This document shows, piece by piece, positions 37,501 through 45,923 of a DNA stretch of 64,000 nucleotides. The notes beneath the pieces were generated by a model that was given only the letters and a program-made list of their open reading frames with translations, was not told the DNA's origin and ran no database searches. The stretch lies in the IMG/VR virus record IMGVR_UViG_3300050821_009835, positions 62,001 through 126,000 of that record; one strand, given 5' to 3'. The position numbers and the translations under genes are program-made. The stretch's first letter is position 1. Every line of letters begins with the position of its first letter.

Positions 37501-40481
37501 ACAGCCCAAGAGCCATTAACCATATCGCTGGCACCCCAAGTGTAAGGTGGAACGCCGCCAAATGCAGCAAGGAAAGTAGTATAGAGTTGTGCACTAATCG
37601 TAGGCAATGATTGAGTTAGAATAACCAACGGCACAACAAAATCCACTGAGACACGGTAGTAAGCATAGGCTGTCCCATTATTCGCTGAAGTTGCCGCAAA
37701 CCACACGTCAAAATAGCCCGCTTCTACTGGAGTTCCAGTTACAATAACGTTAGTCCCATCTGTTGAAACTGACAAACCTAGCGGCAATGCATTAAGCAGG
37801 TTATAAGCATTGAAAGTTGAAACACTCGTGATTTCAATGTTTGGGGATGTAAAAACCTCGATACCAGTTGGGGGACTTCCTGCTCCATAAGTCGTTCCGA
37901 AAACCAAGTCATCTAACCCGCCGTTGTTGATTAGTGAGAATGCACTAGCCACCGTAGACCAATTGATTGTAATTGTGCCATGTATTAAACCAGAGGAATC
38001 TACATAATTTATAACACTTGGCCCGGAGGCTACCCCAAGCAGATAGCCATAAATTAAGCCTGTGTTTGAATCTAAAGATAGTCCCTCTGGTAAAGAAGAA
38101 CTCGCTTCTACTTCTGCAGTCAATGGGATAGAAACAGGAGGACTACCAAGAGCCACAAATGGAGTGAAGGACGAGATTACATCCGGTGTAGGAGAATTCA
38201 GATTAGGCTTACGTGGATTTAAGCCTACAAAATCCCCAACGACATAAGGGTGAGTATAAGTCGTTATGCTCCCAACATCGTCCGAGGCAAATGGTGAAGA
38301 ATTATTATGGGCCAGCAAAGTATATGGGCGAGAAATCTGAGCAATTTGCTGCAAACCCTGCAGCATCTGTAGCGGGAAACGTAATTCGGTGTTCTGGTAA
38401 AGTGCTGGAGGGCCATTAACGGTAGCAACACCATCATTTAGGACAGTGGGGCTACTAGCAGGAATAATAGAACCGTCCAACCCATTGGAAAGAGAAAGTG
38501 CAACTGGGTTTAGAGTAAAACCTTGTAAATCGCCCACAATGATGATATCTGCTGTGCTAACGTCATTAAAACCCCAATAATAATTGAAGAATGCCTCGGC
38601 CATGCGTAAGTCGCTAATTTGTTGACCAACCACATAGCTTAGACCTGTCAACGGGGAGTTGTTTCCCTCACTATCTACGATAGCCCCCGCTGCGAATGCA
38701 ATATTATGGACCCCCACTGCTGTTACTGGAATGGGATTAGGCGGTGAATCATTGACATTACCCGCACGAAATTCCACTCGGCCATCACTAAAGAATTTTT
38801 GTCCTGGGTCTACGTATGTATCTCCCGGTAAGAAACTGGAAGGATGGAACGTATACGGAGAGAAACCTCCAAATACCGCAACTGCCATAACAAAGTCTTG
38901 CTGTGGAAAAATGCGTTCTTGATCAATCACCGGGGCAAATTGGAGGGGTGCCGGGGACAACGTAATCGTGTATGTTTTAGTTGCTACCGCACCAATAGCA
39001 TCCGTAACTTGAACTGTCGCTGTAAAATTGATAGAATAGTCCGTTGTAGAATTATAAGTACATGGAGTTCCATTTAGCAGCCCTAATGAATTGATGCTCA
39101 AACCAATAGGCAAAGCTCCAGCCGCAATAGACCAGGTGTACGGTGCCAAGCCGCCAGTAAAAGCAATTTGTTGACTATATGGAGTAAGCACTTGTGCATT
39201 TGGAATGGTGGTCGTAGTAATAATGAGATCCGTCGCAATGGTCATAGGCAACGTAGTCTCGGCAATAAATGGCGGTGTTCCAGAATCCATGGCCGCAAAA
39301 TTAACTTGGAATGTCCCTAATTCCACGGCTGTACCAGAAATGGTACCATCGATACTCATCTGTAAACCCGGAGGTAAAGTACCATCATTAAACCAGCTGT
39401 ACGATGGAAGACCCCCTATGGCTTGCATTTTAAACTGAGGCATAGGTTTACCCACAATTACTGAAGGCAATGTTGTAGTAGTGACGGTGGCTGGGCTTGC
39501 AGTAGTGGTTGGAGTAACTTGCAGAATCTCTTCTGGGACAATAAGTTCCTTTGCGTGGGGACGTCCTTCAAGCGGGAACACATCTCCAGCCATAGAACCC
39601 AATTCTGAACTTGCATTAGAAAATCGAGAAACAAATGGAGCTAACTTCAACTCGTTGGTTACTGTATCGCGAACTAAAGTGCGGGCAATAACAGCATAAG
39701 GTTCTGGTTGTACAACCCCACCCGTACCAACAATTTCAAATTCTGTCTGACCCCCAAATCCCAATGTTCCTGTAAGTGAGCCCTGTGACGCCTGTTGGGG
39801 ATTGAACTGCACATCAACCACGAGAATGGGCAAAGATAACGAGCGGAGCAATTTTACAGGTGGAATGAATGAAGAATAGTCATTCCAGGTCTGCACAATA
39901 ATATTGAACGATCCAGCTGTGGTAAAAGATTTTGCTGCAGAACGACTGGAAAGAGGAAGCGGCCCAGTGGATGTATTATCTGGCCAAAGAATTTGCCAAA
40001 AATTAGCTCCTGCTCCTGTTTCTGGATAGTCTGGTCCTAAAGTTACGGTAACTGTCTGGCCCAGCTCTAATGTTGTGTTGTTAAGTGTAACATCTGTAGC
40101 TTGAAGTGATGTTGGAAAAAGCAAAAGAGCAGGGGAGCCATTCGGGTTTAACGTGGAAACATTCCACAACGGGCTGTTTGTATAGTCAGAGTTGGCATTC
40201 TCTGCCTGCATGTTCATGCCATAATCGCCCGCAGACAATTGTGTTTGATAAATGCGAGCTGATGGTTCAGAACCAGGGAATTCTAATCCAGTTGGTTTAT
40301 GTCCATTGACTAATTGGAGCACACCAGGTGGAGTGAATGGCGGCCCTTCTACCCAAATATTCCAGTTGAGGTAATCATTGTATCCTTGAGGAATAGCAGG
40401 GGGATTCCAATTAACAACCAGGAAGAAATCCTGGTCAATAGTAGCGATTGCCGGGGAAACTGGAAGTTGTGGGGTTGCCAT
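34578..40481 (-). CDS. Giant putative-Ig (He_PIG-like) repeat protein, tail fibre/adhesin
   Basis: Repeats of I.TT.LP...G..Y...GG..PY.W...LP.GL.....G.ISG; 1967 aa. Confidence 0.75.
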   Translation of the reverse strand: MATPQLPVSPAIATIDQDFFLVVNWNPPAIPQGYNDYLNWNIWVEGPPFTPPGVLQLVNGHKPTGLEFPGSEPSARIYQTQLSAGDYGMNMQAENANSDYTNSPLWNVSTLNPNGSPALLLFPTSLQATDVTLNNTTLELGQTVTVTLGPDYPETGAGANFWQILWPDNTSTGPLPLSSRSAAKSFTTAGSFNIIVQTWNDYSSFIPPVKLLRSLSLPILVVDVQFNPQQASQGSLTGTLGFGGQTEFEIVGTGGVVQPEPYAVIARTLVRDTVTNELKLAPFVSRFSNASSELGSMAGDVFPLEGRPHAKELIVPEEILQVTPTTTASPATVTTTTLPSVIVGKPMPQFKMQAIGGLPSYSWFNDGTLPPGLQMSIDGTISGTAVELGTFQVNFAAMDSGTPPFIAETTLPMTIATDLIITTTTIPNAQVLTPYSQQIAFTGGLAPYTWSIAAGALPIGLSINSLGLLNGTPCTYNSTTDYSINFTATVQVTDAIGAVATKTYTITLSPAPLQFAPVIDQERIFPQQDFVMAVAVFGGFSPYTFHPSSFLPGDTYVDPGQKFFSDGRVEFRAGNVNDSPPNPIPVTAVGVHNIAFAAGAIVDSEGNNSPLTGLSYVVGQQISDLRMAEAFFNYYWGFNDVSTADIIIVGDLQGFTLNPVALSLSNGLDGSIIPASSPTVLNDGVATVNGPPALYQNTELRFPLQMLQGLQQIAQISRPYTLLAHNNSSPFASDDVGSITTYTHPYVVGDFVGLNPRKPNLNSPTPDVISSFTPFVALGSPPVSIPLTAEVEASSSLPEGLSLDSNTGLIYGYLLGVASGPSVINYVDSSGLIHGTITINWSTVASAFSLINNGGLDDLVFGTTYGAGSPPTGIEVFTSPNIEITSVSTFNAYNLLNALPLGLSVSTDGTNVIVTGTPVEAGYFDVWFAATSANNGTAYAYYRVSVDFVVPLVILTQSLPTISAQLYTTFLAAFGGVPPYTWGASDMVNGSWAVSGGIAAPTVGNFVGLTLNISTGKLTGTLASPPGASPTDLGNITFILTDSRGATTTAALDLTYNNNLRIVTDQIATVTNDPTGYSFKVQGAGGVPPYTWQMNNIALPSGITFTATAPNPPATETTTPPGGGWFYGTWPGTSYSPTPVIITLNDSHADGPVNESFTIRTGVWTFTINSSGVNQISRGIAYQGTLIAEGTFVTPVQWEIAPSSTYPNLLPTGLTLQVNGTGGTATISGNYTGAFLTSYPVRVVAVDVIGNTAEAVLMLSTNPNSVTITTTSLPNAIDTVSYQNTGFQLTATGGVTPYTWVISPMTPGYINPSTIPTSGGIATGLTLSSSGVISGVTNIVWTNTIYFVASDSLSPANTSVPTPLSLTAQAAGLTITTTQAQLNANEPLSGQAYSMTFAAAGDPNTPYTWGISPLSENQLPTGLTILANSSTTGLVSGTTNDTGYSKPVTIRVTDNIGAYTDGTFTFTVSAPLALLSGIDFEDGTSNFFLGYVDNGAVGSITTRPNQSFVVVATGVTTKSSSGLQASVNYPNVTATPQTPGTINGVSVPGAAAIILSGTGFNQAPGNYSFVLTLTEGQIIVSQTFKWTVYNHGSALTLFPALPTENGAPYIPILERTSGSLELQGFIFPQVVDDPTAATASLSLSGNNTAYSGLLSVSAPAGNSNEPTFVFGYNGGAIVSGIASTNLTISAKDVAWFDSSNKSYDVFPVGQGGLSLGVVVDYLANPSPFVAGVSPTTHVADGSTINFSITLTKPLSPQQQGTGSGTNNTIGITVTWSGGITTNSITPVENGAGFLIGWTVNATLPLSGTTTNASMIATIQGDLTRLSGVNTFVRNNFLYVNNATIATITLTGDNLIPPQFYSFVYDQTQNGPDTWGGTLTATVYNFTNVSNTVGFLARKPGGTQYSTGGGVLINSYTGQVNGETVFFKVYSGEYLTFSAFNAYLGFTCVDQNGLQMNPVYWTPGLNQV

Positions 40482-40487
40482 CTATTT

Positions 40488-43400
40488 TCACACGCCTGTC
40501 ACAATACTTGAGGAATCATCAGTTGTAATTCCTCCCAAGAATGGATTAGTGAGCACTGTACGTTGTAGCGCAGAGTTTACTTGAACTACAGCAGATCCAT
40601 TCGACTGCCAATCTGAGTTACATACAATACTAGAACTAATCTCTGCTTCTGCTATCACTATGGAATTAGAAACGCCATTTTCATTAGCCGTTCCGTGTGT
40701 CTGTAACGTCATATTAGACTGTCGTTCGGCTACAAAGAATGTACCAGGTGACGATGCACCTGAAGTTACTATCAATTCTGGGTTAGAAACTGTTAATTCT
40801 GATCCTGTAACGATAAAGCCTGTGGCACTATCGCCTAGACTTATCGAACAGGCTGTCAGAATTATTCCACAGCCCTGCTCAAAACCACCCGCCTGTACAT
40901 TATTCTGCCAAGTGCAATTTACGAATTCAATATCAGAATTTATTCCGTAAACTGCAGGGTTTGTGAATCCCTGAAATTGAAGATTATTAAAGATAACGCG
41001 AGTTGAATCCACAAAAAATGCGGAGGTGGGGCCGTTGCCAAATCCCGTAAAGGCCGAGGCATCAATAACAACTGGTTGAACCGAATTAGGCGCTGTAGAA
41101 ATTACAAAACGCCCTGAACCTTGAACTGTGAAGGCTATGTTAGCCAAAGCATACCAATTGGTTTGAACAATAGTCCCATCCCCCAAGGGAATTTGAGTTA
41201 AAAACGAAGAATTGTTAGGGGTAATTGCGTAGGGAATTCCTGTATAGATCAATTGAATTGAGCACGGGTCACGTAGTACAGGGGGGAAGAGTGCCATGGC
41301 AGCACCAATAGTTTGCAAAGCAGCAGCTTCGGTTAAACCATTGTTGCTATCGTTGCCATTGGCATTATTAACATAGATGATAATCGGGGCAGACGTTGTC
41401 TGCAAATTTTGACCTAATACAGTTTTAGGCGTTGGAGGCTGGATAGCAAAACCAAAATGCGGGATTGCCGTTGCCCAACCACGTTTACCAGCCGTCAAAA
41501 ATTGAATTTCCTTGCGAATATCATGATTCACTGGGACGATAAAGTCATTAGAGTGCAGAGGAGCCAGGAATGTGTCTTCGACGTTGGCTGCTCGCATGGT
41601 ACTGAAATTATCGTCAAAAATCGTTTCTAACGGGATGTTCTGCAGATCACCGTCATTCCAAGAAATCTGAGATGGGAGAGTTGTAATAATCGGCAATTCA
41701 CGATTATACGGGTAGACATCCTCCAAACCCACTACAGGTGCAGCACCTGTTCCATTCGTGGTAATTAAGGCATCGTTTTCATTGTACAAAATTTCGTAAT
41801 TGCGATTAGCAACACCCTCGCCTTGGTATGGAACATACTGAGATTCTACGATCAAAGTGGAATTTGGGTCGAAAGCTGGGAGTAAAGATGCTACAAAGAA
41901 AAACTGCTGAGTCAACAGATTTACGCTAGCTGGACAGACTACAGTAACCACACCGTCATTGAAACTAGCACTGCTGCATTGAAGTGCAGTGAAACCCGTG
42001 ACAGGAGAATCCAAAACCCAAATGAATGCAACAGTTTCGTTCCCGCTAATGCCTCTTAAGATGGCATTGTTGGAAGCCAAAACCACTGTGTTAGTGTTTG
42101 TGTTTATCGGATCATACGCAATAGAAGCTACCGACACTCGGTTGTCCATAGGAAAACCTGCAATGCCAGTAACGTTACCAACTAAGACTGTTTCTTCAAT
42201 TGTAAGAGCACCCTTTACTGGTGCATTGTAGGCTAATTGACAGGTGTTTTCCCCAATAAACGAGAACACTATCGTAGAAGTTGTGATATTGATTCCCGAA
42301 ATCGGGGAAATGCTAACCACCAATTCATCGGGTCCTGTAGCTGATATTGTTAAATTTGTGATATTATAGAAAGTTCCAGTAGTAAGATCCCAACATTGCG
42401 TGCAATACCACCCGCCTACCTGATCACTAATGGTATCACGAGGGATCACAAATGTTGCAATAGTTGAACCCCCGACAGTAAAGAGTGTAGCCTGAGACCC
42501 TGGTATTTGAAGCCAGATGCGCGTCCCAAATACAACATTGCTATATTCTGGGTTGATGGCCAGAAAATTAGAACATACAATACCCGCCGCAGCCGCAGCA
42601 GAACCTGGCAACGGGGGTAGAATAGGCTGAGGGTTTTGAATCTCATAAGCAGAAATACCATATACCGGGAGTGTTTCACCCGCTACCGCATCTATCAATT
42701 CCCCACCATTTACAGCAAACGGCACAACACGTAGGTCAATTCCGGAAGAAGCAGGATATTGAACACTGAGTGTGACGTACAGTGGGTTAGAAGCTGGGTC
42801 AAATGGAGTCCCGGTTAATGATTTGACAAAAGAAACTGTCACGGCCTTAGAACTCAAACCCGAGAAGCCCAGTTGTCCTTGCAATAAATTGACTGGGATG
42901 AAAGTTCCGTTAATACCGTTTGTAAGCGCAGTCACGGCGACGTCTGTAATGGTGGCATTGGATGTCGCTGGTAATGTGATTGTAAAGGAATCCCCCAGGA
43001 TCCACGGACCGGAAGGATTGCCTGTACCCGTGCTTTTTGAGCTGATAGGAAAAGCCTGCGTAGTCATGAAAGTACGCTGATCTGTACTAAAGCCGTTGGA
43101 GAATCCGTCAAATTGACCCACGGTATCAGCATTGGTAACAGCCGTAGGAGAAACAGCCATTGTATAGGAGAGAGTTGATCCCAATGCTTGCGGAGAATTT
43201 CCCGGCGCAACACCACGAGAAATGGCATAGCGTGAAGCACCTGTAATGATATCGGTGAAACCTTCTGCCATAATCTTGCGAAGATCCCAACCTTCCACAT
43301 TGACTGTGCTGCGTGTATCCACGCAATCATCAGGAAAAATTTGATCAGCTAGTTTACCATCGAAACGACCTGAAACACCATATGCTAGTAGACCTGAACT

Positions 43401-44333
43401 TGAATTACCCGGCACAGCACAACCAAAGGGGTTGGTGGATAGGGAGAATGGCCCAGAATTACGCTGAAAGACAACTGCAACAGGCATGGCGTAGCTATAA
43501 CCATCCATAGTTCCTAATGCATTATTGACGTTGCCATCACCTGCACGCCAAAGTCCCGTGTCGCCGTTAATTGCAGCCACATTGGGAGTAGAACCACCCA
43601 TATTAGCATAGGTGTAAATAGAGATTGGTTGAGAATTACTTGTCTGTGGGAAAACTGACAACGGAACATTATAAACAGATGTATCAACCGTATCTGCGTC
43701 CAACCCGAACTGATATGTAGAAAAATTGTAAGCCAGAGAAACAGGCTGAACATTCAAGCGCCATTGAATTTGCGCTCTTTCTGTTGTGAAAATACCTTGA
43801 AATGGATCCAGCGTATCGTCTGGGAGCGACTCAGCTTGACTAGGGTCAGGTGAGACATTCCCGTAAGGAAAGAAGTAGTTTTGCCCTGTGATAGGATCCG
43901 TGTAATAGCCTTGCCCTGTTTCAGGGTCTAACGCTTGATACCAAAGTTCCAAAAATACAACATAGATACTGGCAGGTTCAGCCAATGTACCGGCAGTCCA
44001 ATATTGTGGAGCGGGTAAAATCACACGATTCGTAGTTGGGTCAGCCGACTGAAACCCGGTAATGGTGACAACTTCATTATTGAAAAGAACGTCAAACGAT
44101 GGGATCAAGAATATACTGCTCGAGAATGGCTGAAATTGCATCGGGGAGTAGAGGATCGCCCCAGAAGTTGTTTGATCTGCCAGAAGACGCGTGCGTTTAG
44201 AATCCGCAAGGTCTTGCATAAGATTTAAATCAGCATCAGAAATCTCATTATCATGGAGGGCAACCACTGTTATAAGTGATTTGCCGGTTGGGTCCAATGT
44301 TCGTGAAACGTTAGATGGATAAAGGATTTGCAT
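40488..44333 (-). CDS. Tail/baseplate protein with C-terminal beta-helix (pectin-lyase-like) domain
   Basis: IYVNNANGNDSNNGLTEAAALQTIGAAM followed by beta-helix-like repeats; GGAG upstream of ATG 44333. Confidence 0.6.
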   Translation of the reverse strand: MQILYPSNVSRTLDPTGKSLITVVALHDNEISDADLNLMQDLADSKRTRLLADQTTSGAILYSPMQFQPFSSSIFLIPSFDVLFNNEVVTITGFQSADPTTNRVILPAPQYWTAGTLAEPASIYVVFLELWYQALDPETGQGYYTDPITGQNYFFPYGNVSPDPSQAESLPDDTLDPFQGIFTTERAQIQWRLNVQPVSLAYNFSTYQFGLDADTVDTSVYNVPLSVFPQTSNSQPISIYTYANMGGSTPNVAAINGDTGLWRAGDGNVNNALGTMDGYSYAMPVAVVFQRNSGPFSLSTNPFGCAVPGNSSSGLLAYGVSGRFDGKLADQIFPDDCVDTRSTVNVEGWDLRKIMAEGFTDIITGASRYAISRGVAPGNSPQALGSTLSYTMAVSPTAVTNADTVGQFDGFSNGFSTDQRTFMTTQAFPISSKSTGTGNPSGPWILGDSFTITLPATSNATITDVAVTALTNGINGTFIPVNLLQGQLGFSGLSSKAVTVSFVKSLTGTPFDPASNPLYVTLSVQYPASSGIDLRVVPFAVNGGELIDAVAGETLPVYGISAYEIQNPQPILPPLPGSAAAAAGIVCSNFLAINPEYSNVVFGTRIWLQIPGSQATLFTVGGSTIATFVIPRDTISDQVGGWYCTQCWDLTTGTFYNITNLTISATGPDELVVSISPISGINITTSTIVFSFIGENTCQLAYNAPVKGALTIEETVLVGNVTGIAGFPMDNRVSVASIAYDPINTNTNTVVLASNNAILRGISGNETVAFIWVLDSPVTGFTALQCSSASFNDGVVTVVCPASVNLLTQQFFFVASLLPAFDPNSTLIVESQYVPYQGEGVANRNYEILYNENDALITTNGTGAAPVVGLEDVYPYNRELPIITTLPSQISWNDGDLQNIPLETIFDDNFSTMRAANVEDTFLAPLHSNDFIVPVNHDIRKEIQFLTAGKRGWATAIPHFGFAIQPPTPKTVLGQNLQTTSAPIIIYVNNANGNDSNNGLTEAAALQTIGAAMALFPPVLRDPCSIQLIYTGIPYAITPNNSSFLTQIPLGDGTIVQTNWYALANIAFTVQGSGRFVISTAPNSVQPVVIDASAFTGFGNGPTSAFFVDSTRVIFNNLQFQGFTNPAVYGINSDIEFVNCTWQNNVQAGGFEQGCGIILTACSISLGDSATGFIVTGSELTVSNPELIVTSGASSPGTFFVAERQSNMTLQTHGTANENGVSNSIVIAEAEISSSIVCNSDWQSNGSAVVQVNSALQRTVLTNPFLGGITTDDSSSIVTGV

Positions 44334-44389
44334 TACAATGTAAACTCCGGAAGCGATTTTTCTTTCACTAAGTAGGGAGAAGTCATTCG

Positions 44390-45049
44390 ATGTCCACAAT
44401 TCCTATTCCACAACCCGTGCCTTCCAGTTCCTACGATTATATTCACCAAGATATCGTAGCAACAGCTCTTATTCTTCCCACAGAGAATGACAGTTTCTAT
44501 AATCCAGTAGCAAATCTACACACAGGGTTTGCTTTTGATGGGAGGCTCTATAGAGCAGGAGTTCCTATTGCTTCAGGAAGCCCACCTACATACACTCATG
44601 CAACATGGTGGACTGAGTACACTTCTCTTCCAAACCCTTATCGGGGAGATCAAGCCAATTTCCCGGCAACCGGGTTACTCCTGCTATCACCCGTTTCCCT
44701 TACGATTCTCGATCAGAGCAACCAGGCACTCCCAATGTGGATGCAATTTCTACTATGCGATTCCTTTATGTTTGCTAATGATTTTTCCACTGGGAACTCA
44801 AATTACCCCAATCCTTTATTGAATGGATGGAACCCAAGCGGTGTAACTTACGCTGACGGAATAGTTTCTGTTATCTATACTCCTGACATTGGAGCGTATT
44901 CCGTGGATGCTGAGGCTGCGGGGTCGCCACCATCTTTAGTTGGACCATTCACGATACAACCTGGTGCCGTTGGAAGCGGCCCCAATATGGTTCTTTCCAT
45001 TGATTTTTCTCACGACTGGGCATACTTGGATGTCCCTGTTGCCAGTTAA
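44390..45049 (+). CDS. Hypothetical protein, structural-like composition
   Basis: Lone plus-strand ORF; GGAG SD; P/S/T-rich. Confidence 0.65.
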   Translation: MSTIPIPQPVPSSSYDYIHQDIVATALILPTENDSFYNPVANLHTGFAFDGRLYRAGVPIASGSPPTYTHATWWTEYTSLPNPYRGDQANFPATGLLLLSPVSLTILDQSNQALPMWMQFLLCDSFMFANDFSTGNSNYPNPLLNGWNPSGVTYADGIVSVIYTPDIGAYSVDAEAAGSPPSLVGPFTIQPGAVGSGPNMVLSIDFSHDWAYLDVPVAS

Positions 45050-45118
45050 TCCGGTAACTTTTACCGTATTCTTTTCGCTGTTTTGTTGAGATTTCTGACC
45101 TAATCGACGCGCATTTAG

Positions 45119-45143
45119 CGGCGAATAGAAACTCTATTCGCCG
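45119..45143. terminator. Perfect 11-bp hairpin between convergent genes
   Basis: CGGCGAATAGA-AAC-TCTATTCGCCG; overlaps the stop codon of 45134..45499. No clear U-tract. Confidence 0.55.
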
Positions 45144-45499
45144 TAATCATCAGTAAAACCTTCTGGGATTGGAGGCATAGGAATCGTTTGATCCTTCATT
45201 GAATGAGTACAATCTCCCTGATAAGCAATCATACCATTGGTCACAATGTAATGACAGGTGAACGGGATTGTGTGGCCAGCAGCATCACGTTCCCACTCTC
45301 CAGTCCAAACCCCATCTTTCCATTGACGTTTAAAACCAGACTGGCGAAAACTAGGAGTAAATGTGGGATTTTCTAGGTCTCCATTGAACTTCCAACTATC
45401 AGGGAGAGGATGCATTTCTCCACAGGCAGGACACCAATGAAAATAACCTTCTGAACAACAGCCTGCTGCGCGTCGAAGTTTGCTACTGACCTGCCCCAC
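45134..45499 (-). CDS. DUF6527-like Cys/His protein
   Basis: HWCPACGEMH...WKFNGDLENPTFTPSF...CHYIVTNGMI...DCTH. Confidence 0.65.
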   Translation of the reverse strand: MGQVSSKLRRAAGCCSEGYFHWCPACGEMHPLPDSWKFNGDLENPTFTPSFRQSGFKRQWKDGVWTGEWERDAAGHTIPFTCHYIVTNGMIAYQGDCTHSMKDQTIPMPPIPEGFTDDYGE

Positions 45500-45915
45500 T
45501 AGCGACCCCCGTTTCCCACAACACGTTTTACAGCCATCTTTCCATGACGAGCTAGAGCGGTGTTTAAAGCCGGGGTCTCTCCTTTATTAAATCCTCCAGC
45601 TCCATCCCCAAGAGTACGACCTGAGGATGGCTGATATATAGAAGGCCCGCGTAAGCCACTGCCACCACCTGCGGAACCAAACTCAAATTCTTCGCTTGCA
45701 CCTGAAATTTCTCCCAGCGGGCCTACTGAGCCATACTGAAATTTCGGGGTGTCGGCACGTTTGATGCGGGTAGCCCCGACGCCCCCAGATGTCTCCAGCC
45801 CAACCTCGAGAGCAGCTTCCACTTCATCTGCAGTGGCAATTTCCTCTGCTTGGATGGCAACTGTATCCGCCCAATTGATTGCTTTACGGCCTGCGAGAGA
45901 AGAATGTTTGCGCAT
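45499..45915 (-). CDS. Hypothetical Gly-rich protein
   Basis: Between the polyprotein and the DUF6527-like gene; stop overlaps the downstream GTG start. Confidence 0.65.
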   Translation of the reverse strand: MRKHSSLAGRKAINWADTVAIQAEEIATADEVEAALEVGLETSGGVGATRIKRADTPKFQYGSVGPLGEISGASEEFEFGSAGGGSGLRGPSIYQPSSGRTLGDGAGGFNKGETPALNTALARHGKMAVKRVVGNGGR

Positions 45916-45923
45916 ACTAGAGG

